In this document: positions 1 through 14,100 of the stretch, piece by piece
Numbering within the stretch: position 1 is the stretch's first letter
Layout of the letters: each line of letters starts with the position of its first letter
Assembly: GCF_000150275.1 (NCBI RefSeq)
Contig: NW_002060944.1
Coordinates: 7,826,735 to 7,890,734, forward strand
DNA length: 64,000 nt
Reading direction: 5' to 3'
From: Trichoplax adhaerens
Taxonomy: Eukaryota > Animalia > Placozoa
The notes under the pieces: model-generated
Database searches by the model: none
The model's input: the letters and a program-made list of their open reading frames with translations, nothing else
What the model was told of the DNA's origin: nothing
Translations under genes and position numbers: made by a program

Positions 1-138
1 TGCGATCGGGTACTTTTAACTATTAGTATAATTTAATTATTTTTATGTCGTTGCTATTTCTTGTGCGACTGTTGATATTTGATTTTTGGTCGGTCAATAT
101 TGAAAAGTTAATTTTGGGGGAAAATTTTTAAATTATAG

Positions 139-503
139 TTTCCAGAACTAGATGCTATGATTATGAGACGTTTTACTCAAAGCGGTGACGTACAGAGAGC
201 TCGTGAAATAGTTGATCAGGTATTAATTAATTTATTTTGCATCTATCATAGGTAATACGGTGTCTGCTTTATGTGCATATTGTAATTAGGTAGATGTTAA
301 CGAAGGATCGCTCTAAATGCCTCGTAATATTAACTGTTTTCATTGAATGTTCTTATGTACAGAGCGATGGTATGGATCAAACTAAACGTCTAGCTTGCTT
401 CCATCGTGATGAAGCAATCCGATTTATATCTCAATTAGGAGAATCAATGGAAAGAAATGCTTTAATTCAATTGTCCGACGACGTAGTTACCAGACATAAA
501 TAA
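139..503 (+). CDS. PDSS1: Decaprenyl/trans-prenyl diphosphate synthase subunit 1, last two exons (139-219, 363-503); gene starts upstream of window
   Basis: AG/GT-bounded phase-0 exons translate FPELDAMIMRRFTQSGDVQRAREIVDQ|SDGMDQTKRLACFHRDEAIRFISQLGESMERNALIQLSDDVVTRHK*. This matches the recalled PDSS1 C-terminus (FPEMNAMIMRRFS..GDV.RA...QSDG.QQT...EAIR.IS.L....ER.ALIQLS..V.TR.K). Confidence 0.93.
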
Positions 504-1191
504 AATATTTTATCATCTTTACCAATAAATTATTATGTATGAATGTATGAATTAATGTTTTAGATTGGCTAATGTACATAGATGGCTAATGTTATTATAT
601 GTGGAGTTGCTAGCCTGGATTGATAATAGACTTAATCAAGGTACCTTGGTACCTTCTTATGCGACGATTAAAAATTTACTTGGAGATCTTTTAATGAATC
701 GCAGAAACCGAATCATTTGCTAAAAAAATTACCAAGCTTTAAGTTCCTCATTTCAGTTTCTCTCGGTTGTCAGCTTGTATGAATTATTAACGCGTCCGCT
801 GTTACGATTGTCGTAAATCGATTGTTATAGCATTTTATTTAGTTCAATCTAGCAGTTACCGTATGGCAATAGTAATTAGGTTAAAATACTTTTGATTTTC
901 ACGGATAAGATACTGCAAAATTTTACTATTATAACTGAACAGAAAAGTCTATCATCAAATAATTCATATAATACACATTGGAATTATAATTTTGCTCAAG
1001 AAACAAATTGGTTGGCTTTAAACAGGTTTCTTGATATTATTGGATTATGTATGCCACACAGCTGAAAAAGTAGCCTGCGATCGGGTAGCAATAACCAGGT
1101 TGACGTGATAATACTAATGTCAATAACATCAACAGAACTGCTGATTGCAGAAAGAATATTATACCCCTAGATAGACGCAGTCATCGACCGT

Positions 1192-3077
1192 CTAGCTGGC
1201 GGCAGCCATGGTCATATGTGATTGATCGTTACCACTGGCAGTAGAATCGGGATTACCGAAGTTAGGTACAATCTTTCCACATATTCGCCAGGGCGAATTA
1301 GGCTTTGCGAGATGTCTCTCAAAAACGACATACTCCGTCGGCTGTTTATAACGATCTTCACTTCCAGTCAATAAACGGTTATATTGATCGTAAACTGCTA
1401 AAATCTATGCGTTTTGTATCGAATAAAATAGAGAATTAATCTTAAATTAGAATAAGATCCAAATTATTTCATTAAATCCGACACACTTGCATGTGTAGTA
1501 CCACGTCTAAATATGGATTGTACATTTAATTCACCAACCTGTTTTAATTGTAACTTAACAGTGATTTGGGCAAACGTATTGGTCTTATCTTCCAAGGGTA
1601 TAACTCTAATGTTAATAATACGTGGTGCAGAAGCAGTTCCTAAGCATTGCCACTTTATCTGTCTGTTCTTGAATGCACTCCTCAATTCCTTGTAAAGACA
1701 AGATGATATTATTGATACAGTCGGAAATGAATAATTTCTTATGGAAGAAATGTTTAATTTCTAAACTTACATGAAATGCTATTTCTGTTGTTAATGTATG
1801 TAATCTGGTTTTATCTTGGCTGGAGTATTAAGTATAAAACAAGTAAATTGATTACGCAACTTTTTTATTATGAGGTGAATAAAATGTGGTTACTTTATTA
1901 AAGTAAATACCTGGCTAAAGCTTCATTTGTGGCAATATATATTTTCTCAGCTTGCAGTTTAAAATCAGAGATATTGAAGGGTTTAGCCTTTCTTTTAATA
2001 ACAGCCACGCTTTATACATCAAGATTGATCAAGAAATTGATATTAGCTGTGAATTAACATGAATTACTCAACCTTATGAATAATGATATTCATTCTAGTA
2101 TAGATAACGGAAAGCATAAATGGAATTTATAATATGCAAAACGTACCAGTAGGTCGATTTTAGAAATGATTTAAATGCCTGCCATCTCTGCTTCAAGCCC
2201 TTTTAGCATTAAGAATTGAAAAGTACGCGTATGATTACTTACGCTTTTTACCAGGCATAACATGAGTACATTTAGTTATCAATACTGTCTACGTTACGAA
2301 AATTTGGCGTATTACAACATAAATTGCAGTGCTCTAATTGAGCGAAGGTCTTAGATGAATTAGTCAAGTATTCTATCTGATTTCTAATACAGACCGTTGG
2401 TGATAGGAAAAAGTTTTTCTTAGATAGAGGGATATAAGGATCAATAATTTGACCTAGTTATTAAAATAGGAGGCATACAGACAAGGAAATGCGCGTTATT
2501 AGCGAAGCAACAATATTAATATTGTATAAACTAATTTCCTTTAAGATGTATGAATTGATGATAGGTGGATCAGTTCTGAATCATAAAAACAATTAAAATA
2601 GCCTATGTCTATTCAATTCACCTAAGGTACTTATGACAAGAGGTCTTTTCTTGAGATTTCTTCTCGATTTACTTAGGCCACTGCGAAGGAATGCATCATC
2701 GATCATCTCCATTTGCTTGGCTTTGGCTTTGCGATTCTTATCAGAAACTGATGGATCTTTTTTAGTGTAAGCTGAAGATACTTTACTTCGATTTGGCAGT
2801 ACCGTTGCAATTGCTAAGAACTGAGTTTGAGATGCCTTGGAAGCTGATGCTACAACGACCCCTCTTCTACTTTGTAATCGTAAAATAGTCTGCAAATTGA
2901 AAACGACAAAATACGATCTATTTAACTCCATTACTAACGAGAAATGTCCAAGTGCTTACTTCAATTTTGAGTCATGATTGAAAATTGAAGACCAGTAATC
3001 CTACTATTCTAGATAAGTACGAACATTCTAGTTGATGACAGTCATTTTAATACCTGCAATCTCGTAAATGTCGCCAT
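1192..3077 (-). CDS. MRPL45: Mitochondrial ribosomal protein L45 (Tim44-like domain), 8 exons, ~304 aa
   Basis: Exons 3054-3077, 2622-2889, 2395-2453, 2147-2199, 1911-2009, 1771-1819, 1539-1688, 1192-1404. All introns are GT-AG and phases are consistent (915 nt). Motifs IIDPYIP, F..QAEKIYI, RLHTLTTE, FAQITVKLQLKQ|ILAVYDQYNRL..GSED....EYVVFER...PWRICGKIVP match MRPL45. Basic N-terminus fits a mitochondrial presequence. Confidence 0.92.
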
Positions 3078-3194
3078 TGATGTGGTTAATTTCAACCTTT
3101 TTCTTAGCTTGTATAAGTTAAATTAGAAGGATTCTGCAATCCAACTTAGCAGCAACGCATAAGTCAAGCCTGATCGTCGGCAGCACACTTTCCG

Positions 3195-3330
3195 TTTTGA
3201 CTGTACCATCTGTACGCTGTCAGTCTACTCCGTACTGTCTGTACCCATGACTTGACGGTACCGTACCGTTACGTGTGAGGTTGATACTGGTACAGTACTG
3301 TACTGTACTGTACAGTACTGTAGTACAGTA
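3195..3330. repeat. Low-complexity (TACTG/TACAG)n palindromic tract upstream of MRPL45
   Basis: Many GTAC/TACTG/TACAG units, e.g. TACAGTACTGTACTGTACTGTACAGTACTGTAGTACAGTA at 3291-3330. Confidence 0.7.
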
Positions 3331-3474
3331 CAGGGTGTAGAAATTCGATCTAGATTTAAAAAAAACAGATAAAATGATCAAATCTTTAAGCAGATATACA
3401 GTTTTATGGGTTTTATTCGAAAATAAATCATAAAAATATTCACTGACTTACCTAAAAAGAAATTCTACACCTTG
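3331..3474. mobile_element. Putative 144-bp Tc1/mariner-type MITE
   Basis: TA|CAGGGTGTAGAAATT ... AATTCTACACCTTG|TA: imperfect TIRs with TA on both sides. A similar end (AAAGAAATTCTACACA) recurs near 3737-3752. Confidence 0.55.
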
Positions 3475-4583
3475 TATGTACAAAAGGCTACAGTACATAG
3501 AAAAGTAATACTGTACAGAATGAGCTTCGTACTGTACTATACATTGCCGTAAAATGGCGATTTTTAGAAGAATTAAGGGTACACTGTTCATCGTCCAAAA
3601 AAAACAGTGGAAGGCTAGTATTTCACTAAAATAAACTGCATAAACAAATTCACCAGACCTTCTTCTTTCTAAACGTTTAAAATTTTGAGAATTTTACTAC
3701 AAAAATCTTCATAAAAGTATGCACCTATTTCTGTAGAAAGAAATTCTACACACTAGAGATTGAATTATACAAGTTATCCTAGCTCGACTACTGTAATCGA
3801 TAATTATAATGAAATACATAAATTAGTCTATTTTCTTGTTCTGTAGCTCATAATAATTATAATTGTTCTGCTTATACGTATCGCCACGGATAACAAAAGC
3901 TTTTCAATCCGTTTACACTTGTCATCATTATGTATATCGTCGATATACGTACGCCTATCTATAAGCGTACGGTATATATTCTTGTGACAAGGATACATCA
4001 GACGCACTCGTATTTCCCTGGTCTTCTTTTATTGTAAAGTATTCTTCACGATCATTACTTCGTGATAACTATAAACCTTTTACTCAAACTTCACATCAAG
4101 GCAAATATAGACCGTCTCCTTACGCGTAAGCAATAAATTAATCATGATTAAACTTTTATTTCTTTGTGCATTAAATTAAGATTCAATACTGTTAACACGT
4201 TTCTTATGCAACTCTATTTGCGCAAACCATGAAACACCGGTCATATCATCCGAGGCTGATAACATACTCGTATTACTACTTTATGTCGAAATTAAAGAGC
4301 CTACTGTCACCATAGAACACTAATTAATATTATCCAATTAATACAGTACATAGTCTTATTATATCATATGCAAACACTCACCATAATAGGTATTAATCTA
4401 ACTCTAGAAATATACATCTGTTATATTATCTAAACATAGTATATGTTGCAGCTATTTCTAGCATAAACAGAACCATTTCTATAGGATCTCTGGTGGATTG
4501 AGTCAAGGACTACTAGAAGAAGATCTAAGATCTATCAGTCATTAACTAAGTCCTACCTCTATGGTAGCACTGGCAGGCAGTAC

Positions 4584-5069
4584 TGTTACAAATTTCAATT
4601 CAAAATCAGAACAGAATTAAAATTACAACCAGGGCTAAACACGATAAGTCTACTGTCAGCTTTGTCCTTCCCAACATCTACCTATCGTTAGGGGGAGCAG
4701 AAACACCGCTAGTCTCTCCTAGACATATACTGAACACAAATTTTATTAAAATGTTGTCTAATTTTTAGTAAATCTACGTAAAATATTACTTATATTAAAT
4801 TCTCAGTTCAAAGACAATATTGTAAATTTAACTATAAAACAATAGATAACGTCATCGATAATGCTATTCTCCAAAAATATCAAAGGATGTTATCAGATAA
4901 AAATAATAATATAGGTATTAGTTAGCAAAATCAATTCGCGATAATGATCTATACAGGTTTTTGGAGTATTGAGACCACCGTAGAAATATAAGAAAATGTC
5001 TACGGAAACTACTAAAGAAAAATTTCTTTCTCTCTCTATCTTGATTACCGGTAGTTCGTGTCAGCGGCA
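4584..5069. mobile_element. Degenerate TG...CA (solo-LTR-like) element related to 8531-8870
   Basis: Starts TGTTACAAATTT. Shares CTAGTCTCTC.TAG, ACTGAA and TAGTAAATCTAC blocks with 8531-8870. Right boundary is tentative and no TSD is seen. Confidence 0.4.
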
Positions 5070-8000
5070 TGCTCTAAGAGTATGTCAGCTCAATGCTACA
5101 AGCTGAAAATACGTCTATTATTACAGTCTTCAGATTGGGAATCTGTTACCAAATGAAACTAAATTAAGCGATGACTAAAAATGAGAACAATACCCGTAAT
5201 TAAACCAATTTTTTCTTCCATTATTCAACACCGTAATAGAATAACACACAATACAGGAAACTGCCAAATTAGAAACATTGGAAATGATCATTTACGTAAA
5301 ATTTAATTTTGGTGACTCAATTTACGATAGTAGCCACTCATTGATTTTTGATTTAAACTACAGTATAGAATCTGCTATATAGAGATTAAAGTTAAAATAC
5401 TCCTGGAATTCTCAAAATATTCTAGTATAGCTATGATTGAACAGAAGGCCTATTGAAATTATAAATTTACTAGAGACTATTTTAAGGGATAAAAGACAAT
5501 GGCATGATAAAGGCCCTCCAAAATATTATAACAAGAACTACGATGACTTGTAAAATTTTACTTTATTACAAGATTAATTCGTCTAGTAATATCAAGAACT
5601 ATCTATTTTCGATGGAGTTAATTATAATAGTTGTAGGATTACTTTTAGCAAATGTGCCATATCTTGCCGATTAAATCACAAATTATTTTGATGTTAAGCT
5701 AATTTTAGGACAAAAAAGTGATACATTTAGACAGGTTGGGTCGTAATCATAATACGTTACAGGATATCGGATAAATTAAATTTCTTATCTTTAGATTATG
5801 TAAAAATTTCATCATTGCTTATATTGTATCCATATTAATCAACCGCGGATTCTTATACTAGCTTGTTATACAGGCACTTTCTTTTCTCTTTCTCAGCCTA
5901 GGAAATGGATTAATGTAATAAATTTTAAAATCATTAGACAAAATTATTCTTAAACTCTGCAAAATTACCATGGATAAATACTTCTCTACTTGTTGTCACG
6001 GTAGTATTGCCGTTGATTAGCTATAATAAAACTTACTTTCATATTAAGTGTAGACTTAATGGATAAAATCTTATTAATGCTAACCAACTCTTAAGTTAGG
6101 AATAGATAGATTAAAATAGTAGTTGCGAACTAGTTTAACCAGAGTTTATTGTTTTCCTTGATGATACTAAATACTAAAAGCATAATTTTTAAATTTAAAT
6201 GAAATGTTCCAGTACGGCAGCCTTATATAAGTTTACTAAATTATCCAGGTGTTGATTAATTTTCATTCTAAAGCAGAAGTTTAAGATGTTAGACCGTACT
6301 TTTGACGTTGGAAGTCAATGAAGGTTTAGTAGGATTAATTACGTAGTTTTGATTATCATCTAACTAACTGCTAATTTGTATCGGCCAAAAATTTATCGTC
6401 TAGTTATTCCTGGAGTTTTAAAGCACCTCACACCACATAATTTGATTTGTGTTACATATTAAATCGATTTTCGGCTGTCTATGATAGCAGAGCTAGATAT
6501 GATGTATACTGTAAGTAAATAAGACCAATTCCATTGATGGCTAAATATGTTAATATTATAATTATCGATAGGCGATTATAAGAGGTATTTTATGATAGAG
6601 CTTATACTATTCCGTAAATGTAACGTATTCAGATATATGAGCTACGCAAGGAGGAAGGAGTATTAAGTACATTTTAAAATGTTTAAAACTTGGATAATCA
6701 AGATGTGCGTAAAGAAATTGAGGCTTTATGTTAAAAAAGCCGAAGGCACAAGATATGTCATAATTCTTTACTTTAGGGTATTATTCATACTCACTTCGTT
6801 TAGTAAAGAATAAGTTTTATAGTTCCAGTACCGGAAATGAGCTTGAAAATAATCAAGTCATTATATGATATTCAATCATTCAGCTACAATTTACGAAATA
6901 TTCGCAATTGTAACCTCTCAATTATGCAGCTAAAATTGTAAATTACTAGATGTAAGAGAACTATTCTAAAAATAAAATTTTTGGATTTAATAAAAGCGAC
7001 GTCGATACGCATTAACAAGATTTTTATAATAACTTATATTAATAGATAAACAATTTTAACGGATTAAATGACAGCTAAAGTCTATCACGAAAAAAGTACA
7101 GTCAAATACATTATTAAAACTACATCTGTAATCCTTATCCATTATCATATTGTTCAAAAAGTAATTACTATGAACTCGACAGACTTCGTGTGAACATATA
7201 GTTCTAGATGTTATAACTTGTTTTATTATAATTTCCTGGTGAACGTATTCATCTATGATTTTAGTTGACATTACTTAATATAATTTAATTTATATAATGT
7301 ATAATTCACAGTACGTATATTTTTCAGGTGCTATTACAGTTGTCTTTGTAACAATTTGATCAATACATGTATGGCATCGTTCAAGTTTTAATCATACTGT
7401 ATAATGATGCCTTTCTACAACGAGACAGCCAACGTTATATAAAATATAATTAATTTGTGATACTGATACCATTGAAATAAAATAATTATCATTAAAATAT
7501 TTTATTTTTGATTTGGAAAGCTTGAAGAAATTCAAATACTGTTATCTACCTATAGATCATACATTTAACGCTCCATTTGCGCCTACAATATCCAAGCGAA
7601 ACACTTGGAAATAAATCCTTAAGAAGGCTAGTGAAGATAAATCTTGCTGTGGAACCAATCACCTAGAAATAAAAAAAGATACAACCATGTTTTTCCGGTT
7701 TTCATAATTAATGAATAGTATGCGTATCTATTCATCGATTTGAATTCAATTAGCTTAGTCATTAACATCTATTCTTGCTTAGAAAAATTTTGATTAAAAA
7801 TTTTCAATTCACCTCAAACTTCAATTTCGGAAGAAAGCTGGATTTAATTTTCGAATAGATCAATCAAATTTCTCGTTCTTTATTGTATAGTGTAAAAACG
7901 GTATATGAATGTAAGATAAACGTACCGGTTTGGCCAATGATTTGAAGTAGATGACTTAAGAAAACAAGAAATCAAAATCTCATTTGGTATCGAAAAATAA

Positions 8001-8165
8001 TTTTTCCTGAGAGTTACTTGATCCAAATTAAAACTTAAGTTAGGCGATCAGCCTATCAAGCCTACTTCGAAAGGATAATATTCGTCTTCAAGCAAAATTT
8101 ATAGACAGGATTATTTTATTTGGCAAATCTTTCTTAAAGAGAGCCCTTACATTAATACCGATATA

Positions 8166-11100
8166 ATGATAAAATTCATTATTAAGCTTCAATTCTACGT
8201 GCTGCTTTACTCCTTTTCCAATTATGGTAAGACTTAAAATTTTATGATCGCATTCCTATTTATTAACTCTGTTACAGCAATCTTATTCTGTAACTGATTA
8301 ATTTACCAAAAGGTTAATTTAAATTGAAAAATTCTCTTAAATTTAACCTCCATAAATATAGACTTTAAGTTTTACTTGCAACAATGTTACCACTGTGTAG
8401 GCAAACGCAAAATTATAAGTATAGTAAATAGATCAATTGATCTGCATCAACAGCAGTTTTGTAAAGCAAAACCGCGAGTAGAATAAGGAAAATGTTGTGT
8501 TTATTTATAAAGTTGCATACTACGCACTATTATTACAAATTTAAATTTGCAACGAAGAAAAGTAAAATGCCCACTATCAGGTTTATCCTCCTAACATCTT
8601 CCTACAGTACGAGACTCTAATTGCCGACGATCGGAGATTGTCAGGAGGAATAGAACTCCACTAGTCTCTCTAGCACAAAACTGAATCCAAACTTGATTGA
8701 AAAATCAGTCAATTCATAGTAAATCTACATCAAGATTAATTATAATTATCAGATTATAGATAGTACTATACGTCTATCTAGTTATCTATTAAAAATACGT
8801 AAAATGCCGTAGATAAATAAATACTAACACATTTCTAGATAAGTTATCTCACGGAAATTATATCACGACAGTTATGCAAATATTACTACACAATACCGCT
8901 ATTATCATATTATCATATTATTGCCTTAAGTATACTATTAATTTCAAAGATTTTAGTAGAAATACGGATAAAATGTTATAATAATGTAATATACCAGATA
9001 AATCGGATCGAAAGACGTTTGTTCATTACGCCCCTAAACTATTCCTAAATCTTTAAATATTCTATATGCTTAGTACTAGTTACAATCTTAACTGATTGAC
9101 AGCGATAAGATGGAACTCCATCCGAGGATTTTATTCGTATTAATAATGATTTACAATATTCGATATCATCGTTTTTCATGTCCATGATGATTTTAAGCTT
9201 GAGGATATTATAACAATAATTTGCACTAACCTTTTCAACTTGAATCACATTACATCAATGTAGGTTACAGTGTTATACACTGTAATATCTAGATTAGAGT
9301 AGAAATATCTATGTTAGGATAATTTTGTTGATTTACCCTTGTTCTAATAGTTTCTAATTTAGATATATGATGTTTAAATATAGCACTAGCGTTTATGTGG
9401 ATATATATAATATAGATACAGCCTACTGAAATTAGAAGTTTAATTAGGAAATCGAGAATAAACTTCTTACAATTTAAATCACTGTGATTGTAACTTACTT
9501 ATGGTAGATTGTAGATTATCATAGAAATGTTCCGTGATAGAATATATTGTAGTCTGACAATTTTGTATTAGTCATTCGATGTCTATGTTCCGTAAATTCT
9601 CTTGTCTTCATTAGGTAGCAGTAGATAAAATTAGCTTCTGATTCATTAGCAGGTTTAACTTTAGTATTACTAACTAGGATGCCTTTGCTATTGCAAAAGA
9701 GTATTTAAATACGATATATCGTATAATAAAGGGAGTTCTTAAGATTAGTGTTAAACATAAGATACGAGGCGTCTAAGTCTTTTTGTAGTCTACTAGTCTA
9801 AGAAAAGTGTTCCTAAAAGAGTTGATATTGCTCCCTGATACGTGGTTTAAGGAATCGACTTATTGATCGTACGTTATGTTACCTTGTTGCAAAGCTATTT
9901 TGTAACAATATACGACACCACTGCTATACTTTCTAGGTATACAAAGTAAAACGCCTGATTGTGCAATGTATTGCACTTGCCAAAAGGAAAGGATGGAATG
10001 CCATAGCTCTAATTTATATACCATGCCAACTGTAATAGCTGAAACTCAATCGAAGCTTATAACTTTGTGAGAATAAAAGGATATAAGACATAATAAGAAA
10101 TACTAGTTATTAATCATGACTCTATTTTTTTACCTAGATCTTACATTACTATATAGCTTCTTTTTAACAATATCTCTTATATAATTAGAAAAATTCTAGG
10201 AACGGGAATAAGAAAATTATCGAATGCGAGCTTTTTATCCTATCAACGGCTACGCAATCTGTAAAATAACTTCCATCCTCCTTTTAATATAAGGAATTAT
10301 TCTATAAATAATAAGAATTTTAATAAATTTTCGCATATTTTAATAGATATTTGGAGTTTAATAAGATTCAATCAATTGAGGAAGGTTCTTTTATTGGCTT
10401 GGAAAGATTAACTAGACTGTAAATCAGTTGATAAATCTATTGTATATGTCGAATTCACTCTTGACTGATTAAAGTGTTCTATCCGTTAATACATCTGCTT
10501 GATTATTAAAATTCTTGAATTATCTTTCTTATTAAACTGATAAAACTAAGGGATAATTTTGTACTTTTATGTGCATTAGCGATTTAACTGGCAACAGAAT
10601 TAGCATTTTATCCCAAAAGATGTTTACTGGATTGAAGAACCTCCAGAGATTGTAAATTGGAGATTTTACTATCGTTTTCGTTTTTATTACCAAAAATTGG
10701 GGGAAAATTTCTGTTAATATATTCTAGAAGCTTTACTGTAGCGTAAAAAATCAAAATTAAAATTTGATTTCTTAATATCATGTTTCTATGCAAAAAATTT
10801 CATTAAGCGAAAATATATCCGTACCCATGATAATCACTAATAAACTACCAATTTAGTCATTTAGTTATTTTAACCATTTGACAATGCTAGACGATTAATA
10901 TGCTATTTTTAGTTGTATGCTTCAATGCAAATAGGTGGAAAGTTTATCGATAACAAGTAGTTTTGTCTAAGTCTTCATTAACGATTGATCTTGATGTGCT
11001 TATAAATTTATAGAATTTTAAAGGATAACACAATCACTCAAATCTTTGTCGATACATTTAGCCAACTGAAGCAATTGAGATTGGTGTTAAGTATTCAACA

Positions 11101-14100
11101 TAAAATATATCAATGACTATAACTTTATATATCTTTTATTATTATATTTCTCATATAATTTTATTTCTTTCTTAAAAATTGTTTACAGAAACTTAGATGT
11201 TAATCGAATTACAGAAATCAAATCTCGAACATTTTATTATAATAATCAAATATACTTTTTGTATGTATTATAATTGTCATGATGAGCTGAGAATAGTATT
11301 TAATGTCTTTGATATCAAGTGATCCTATATGGATTAATTACTGATTACTGGATTTCTACGTATAATTTCATAAGTCAGGAGTTGCTTTATTCTACTATGA
11401 TAAAGCAAAAATTTCATCGTGGTCGTTACATGATTACATCAGTTTCCAATATTTCAACTAATTATATACCATTATGTCATTTACTGTCGCGTTCAGTTGA
11501 TTCGATTTTAAGTTAGCCACTATTAAAGGTAGAAATTATGCTATTGTGAATTTATTCTACTGTATAATCAGGATTTATCGATAAATTAGACGAGTAAAAT
11601 TACTGATTAGGTATATTATCTAAAAAAATTTTAGTGTATACTTCTAATCCCTGATTGGATTTATTCTAATTAATATTAAGAAGATATTTGTACTAAGAAG
11701 TAACTGTTTGGTTTGATTTCTTAAGTATCAGCACCTAATACTTTTATTTTTTGATTTAAAAGAAACCTCAGGTATAACTTTATCAGGAATTTTACCCATG
11801 CAGCTTTTAGTGAAAACAATGCACTTAAAACTTTGTAAGCAAATTAAAAATCGAAATATTTTTATACTGAACAAATTATATAATATTGTATTTTGAATAT
11901 AGCCTTAATATTCTAGCACGACGCATGTCATACATGCAAATATTAATGCAGTAAAGTGGACTACTAGGTTATTTTAATCTTTATAGCCTACCATTTCTTT
12001 TCGAGCAAGCCTACTTGTTAATCTTGTATAAATTTATCACTGTTTATAAATTAATCTAATTTAGAGCTTTGAATTATTTCTTCTTTCTATTTTAAATATA
12101 ACTAAGGAAAGTAGTTCGATTTATTTTTAACAACTAAAAACTATTCCTTCGTCGTTAAGTAATTCATCAATCCTGTTCTATAGTGAAAATTAACACATTC
12201 CACTTTCAAAACTATCTTAATTTATCATTTATTACGTATTTTTCCTTCAGGCAGCTCAATGACAATTCGATTACTCAACTTCGACCAGGAACAATTGACA
12301 GACTTCAAAATCTAAGTTCTTTGTAAGTTAAATATATATAAGGTTAATGTTATCCTAATCATATGTTAGTTTTATCATTGTTACGGTGATATTTAAGCTG
12401 ATATTATAAATTTCTAAGCCGTCTCAATGAATTATTCGGACAATTAATCTTAGCAGAAATATTCAAGATGATCGTTACAATCGCTAACGGGTTATTCGCA
12501 GTTTTTTAAATCTACGTTGGATTTCTGTCAGAGTCAAATTCAGATAATAACTATTTGTAATACAATCGTAATTTTATTAGAGTACATTAATGCAGAAATG
12601 AATATTGATGTATTATTTCAGCAAGCCATTGTTATAAATCCAGATTTTTAACGAGCAACTTAAACTGCAACTAATCTAATATCAGGCTTATTTTCCTTGA
12701 TAATTGCCTACAGTATGACTCAATACTCATGATCTCTGATAATTATTAGGAGGCGATAGTAACTATATATCTCTTTCGAAGTAAACTATAAACTCAAACT
12801 CAATTGAAAAACCAACTAATTTATAGTATAATTAAACAAAATGTTAATTATCAGTATTTAGATAACATAAAATTCCGCTAATATCTATGTAAGAACATTT
12901 AAAACGTCATAAATAAATCGTTACTAGTGCATTCCTAAATAAGTTACCTTACAATAACTATGTCTTAGCCGCTATATAATAGTTTATATTGACTCGAAAT
13001 ACCCACATTTTCTTGATCATAAAACCCTGATTGCTGGTTTATATAAGTTAATTTCCCTATAAGTATTCTAAAAATAAACACAGTGTGTATTTATTACATT
13101 CCTAGGTATATAGGAGGGAAGCATTTCACAAGATTTAAGGCTGACGATTTAAAACAATTCAAAAATTTAAAATTATTGTAAGTTCACTATCAGTAGTAAA
13201 TACTTCTTTTGATTTTGAATAACTTTGAACAAATAAGTATGCAAATTATGGTAAAATCACTAATTAAGTTGGACTATTTTACCGAATAAGTAGGTAAATG
13301 AAGTATTTAAAATAGTAATAAATTGATAGAATATTATTTACGTTCTTTTTGCCTGGTAAATATATTGAAAGGCAGTCTACGCACTCTTACCCTGTAATAT
13401 ATATGAAACAACATTAGAACATTTAAATCCGTTGCATATTTACTTAGTGATGCTTAATGGAATAATTGTTACCATTTTTAGATTATTTGTTTAAAATTTT
13501 AAATTATGATCAATTGGTTGCGGTAGTGCACATAAGTTCATTATAATAATTATCGATTTCAACACTAGTTTCGTCACGATAGTGTCCTTGTGTAATATGC
13601 AGTAACTTTATGAAGGACTTATCAAATCAGAATAGAGTATAGTTGTTGCTAATACTACATAATAAAAATGGCTGAAACTAATATGTAACATCTTGGACAT
13701 GATAGATACGTCCAATTTGGAAATTTTTCTTCTCCTCGGATCAACTTTCAAGCATTTGGCAATTTACGTGCTTTAAGTTTTTTGTTAGTAGCTAATAGAT
13801 CTGCGCAGAAATTATTCAATAACTGCATCAAGCCATAATATAGGACAAATAAATTGTCGATTTTTAAATTATATTTTAGAGCTTAAAATAAATTTTCTGT
13901 CAATGTCAAATACGCAGATTGCGAATTATTTTTTTAAATCTTTGGTATTTAGATTCATCAAAGCAATTGATAATGGGATGGTTACGATCACCTCGAGTGC
14001 ATTTTCAATGAATCCAAATTTAAGAATACTGTGTGTATTAGAAAATAAAATATATTCAGTCTAAATTTAAAAAGTTGCTGTTGATATATTAACTTAGTTT

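Noticed and set aside
1-1090. 12-mer TGCGATCGGGTA at 1 and ~1076
   Set aside because: Too short, and the match does not extend.
3554-3580. ATGGCGATTTTTAGAAGAATTAAGG|GT as first exon of a divergent gene
   Set aside because: No convincing downstream exons found in 3600-8100.
7056-9248. Short ORFs 7056-7271 and 9045-9248, and similar 60-100 aa ORFs elsewhere (e.g. 32064, 33383, 43533, 48904, 50886, 51254, 59232, 61757, 62369)
   Set aside because: No recognisable motifs; they lie in AT-rich introns, intergenic DNA or repeats and are expected by chance.
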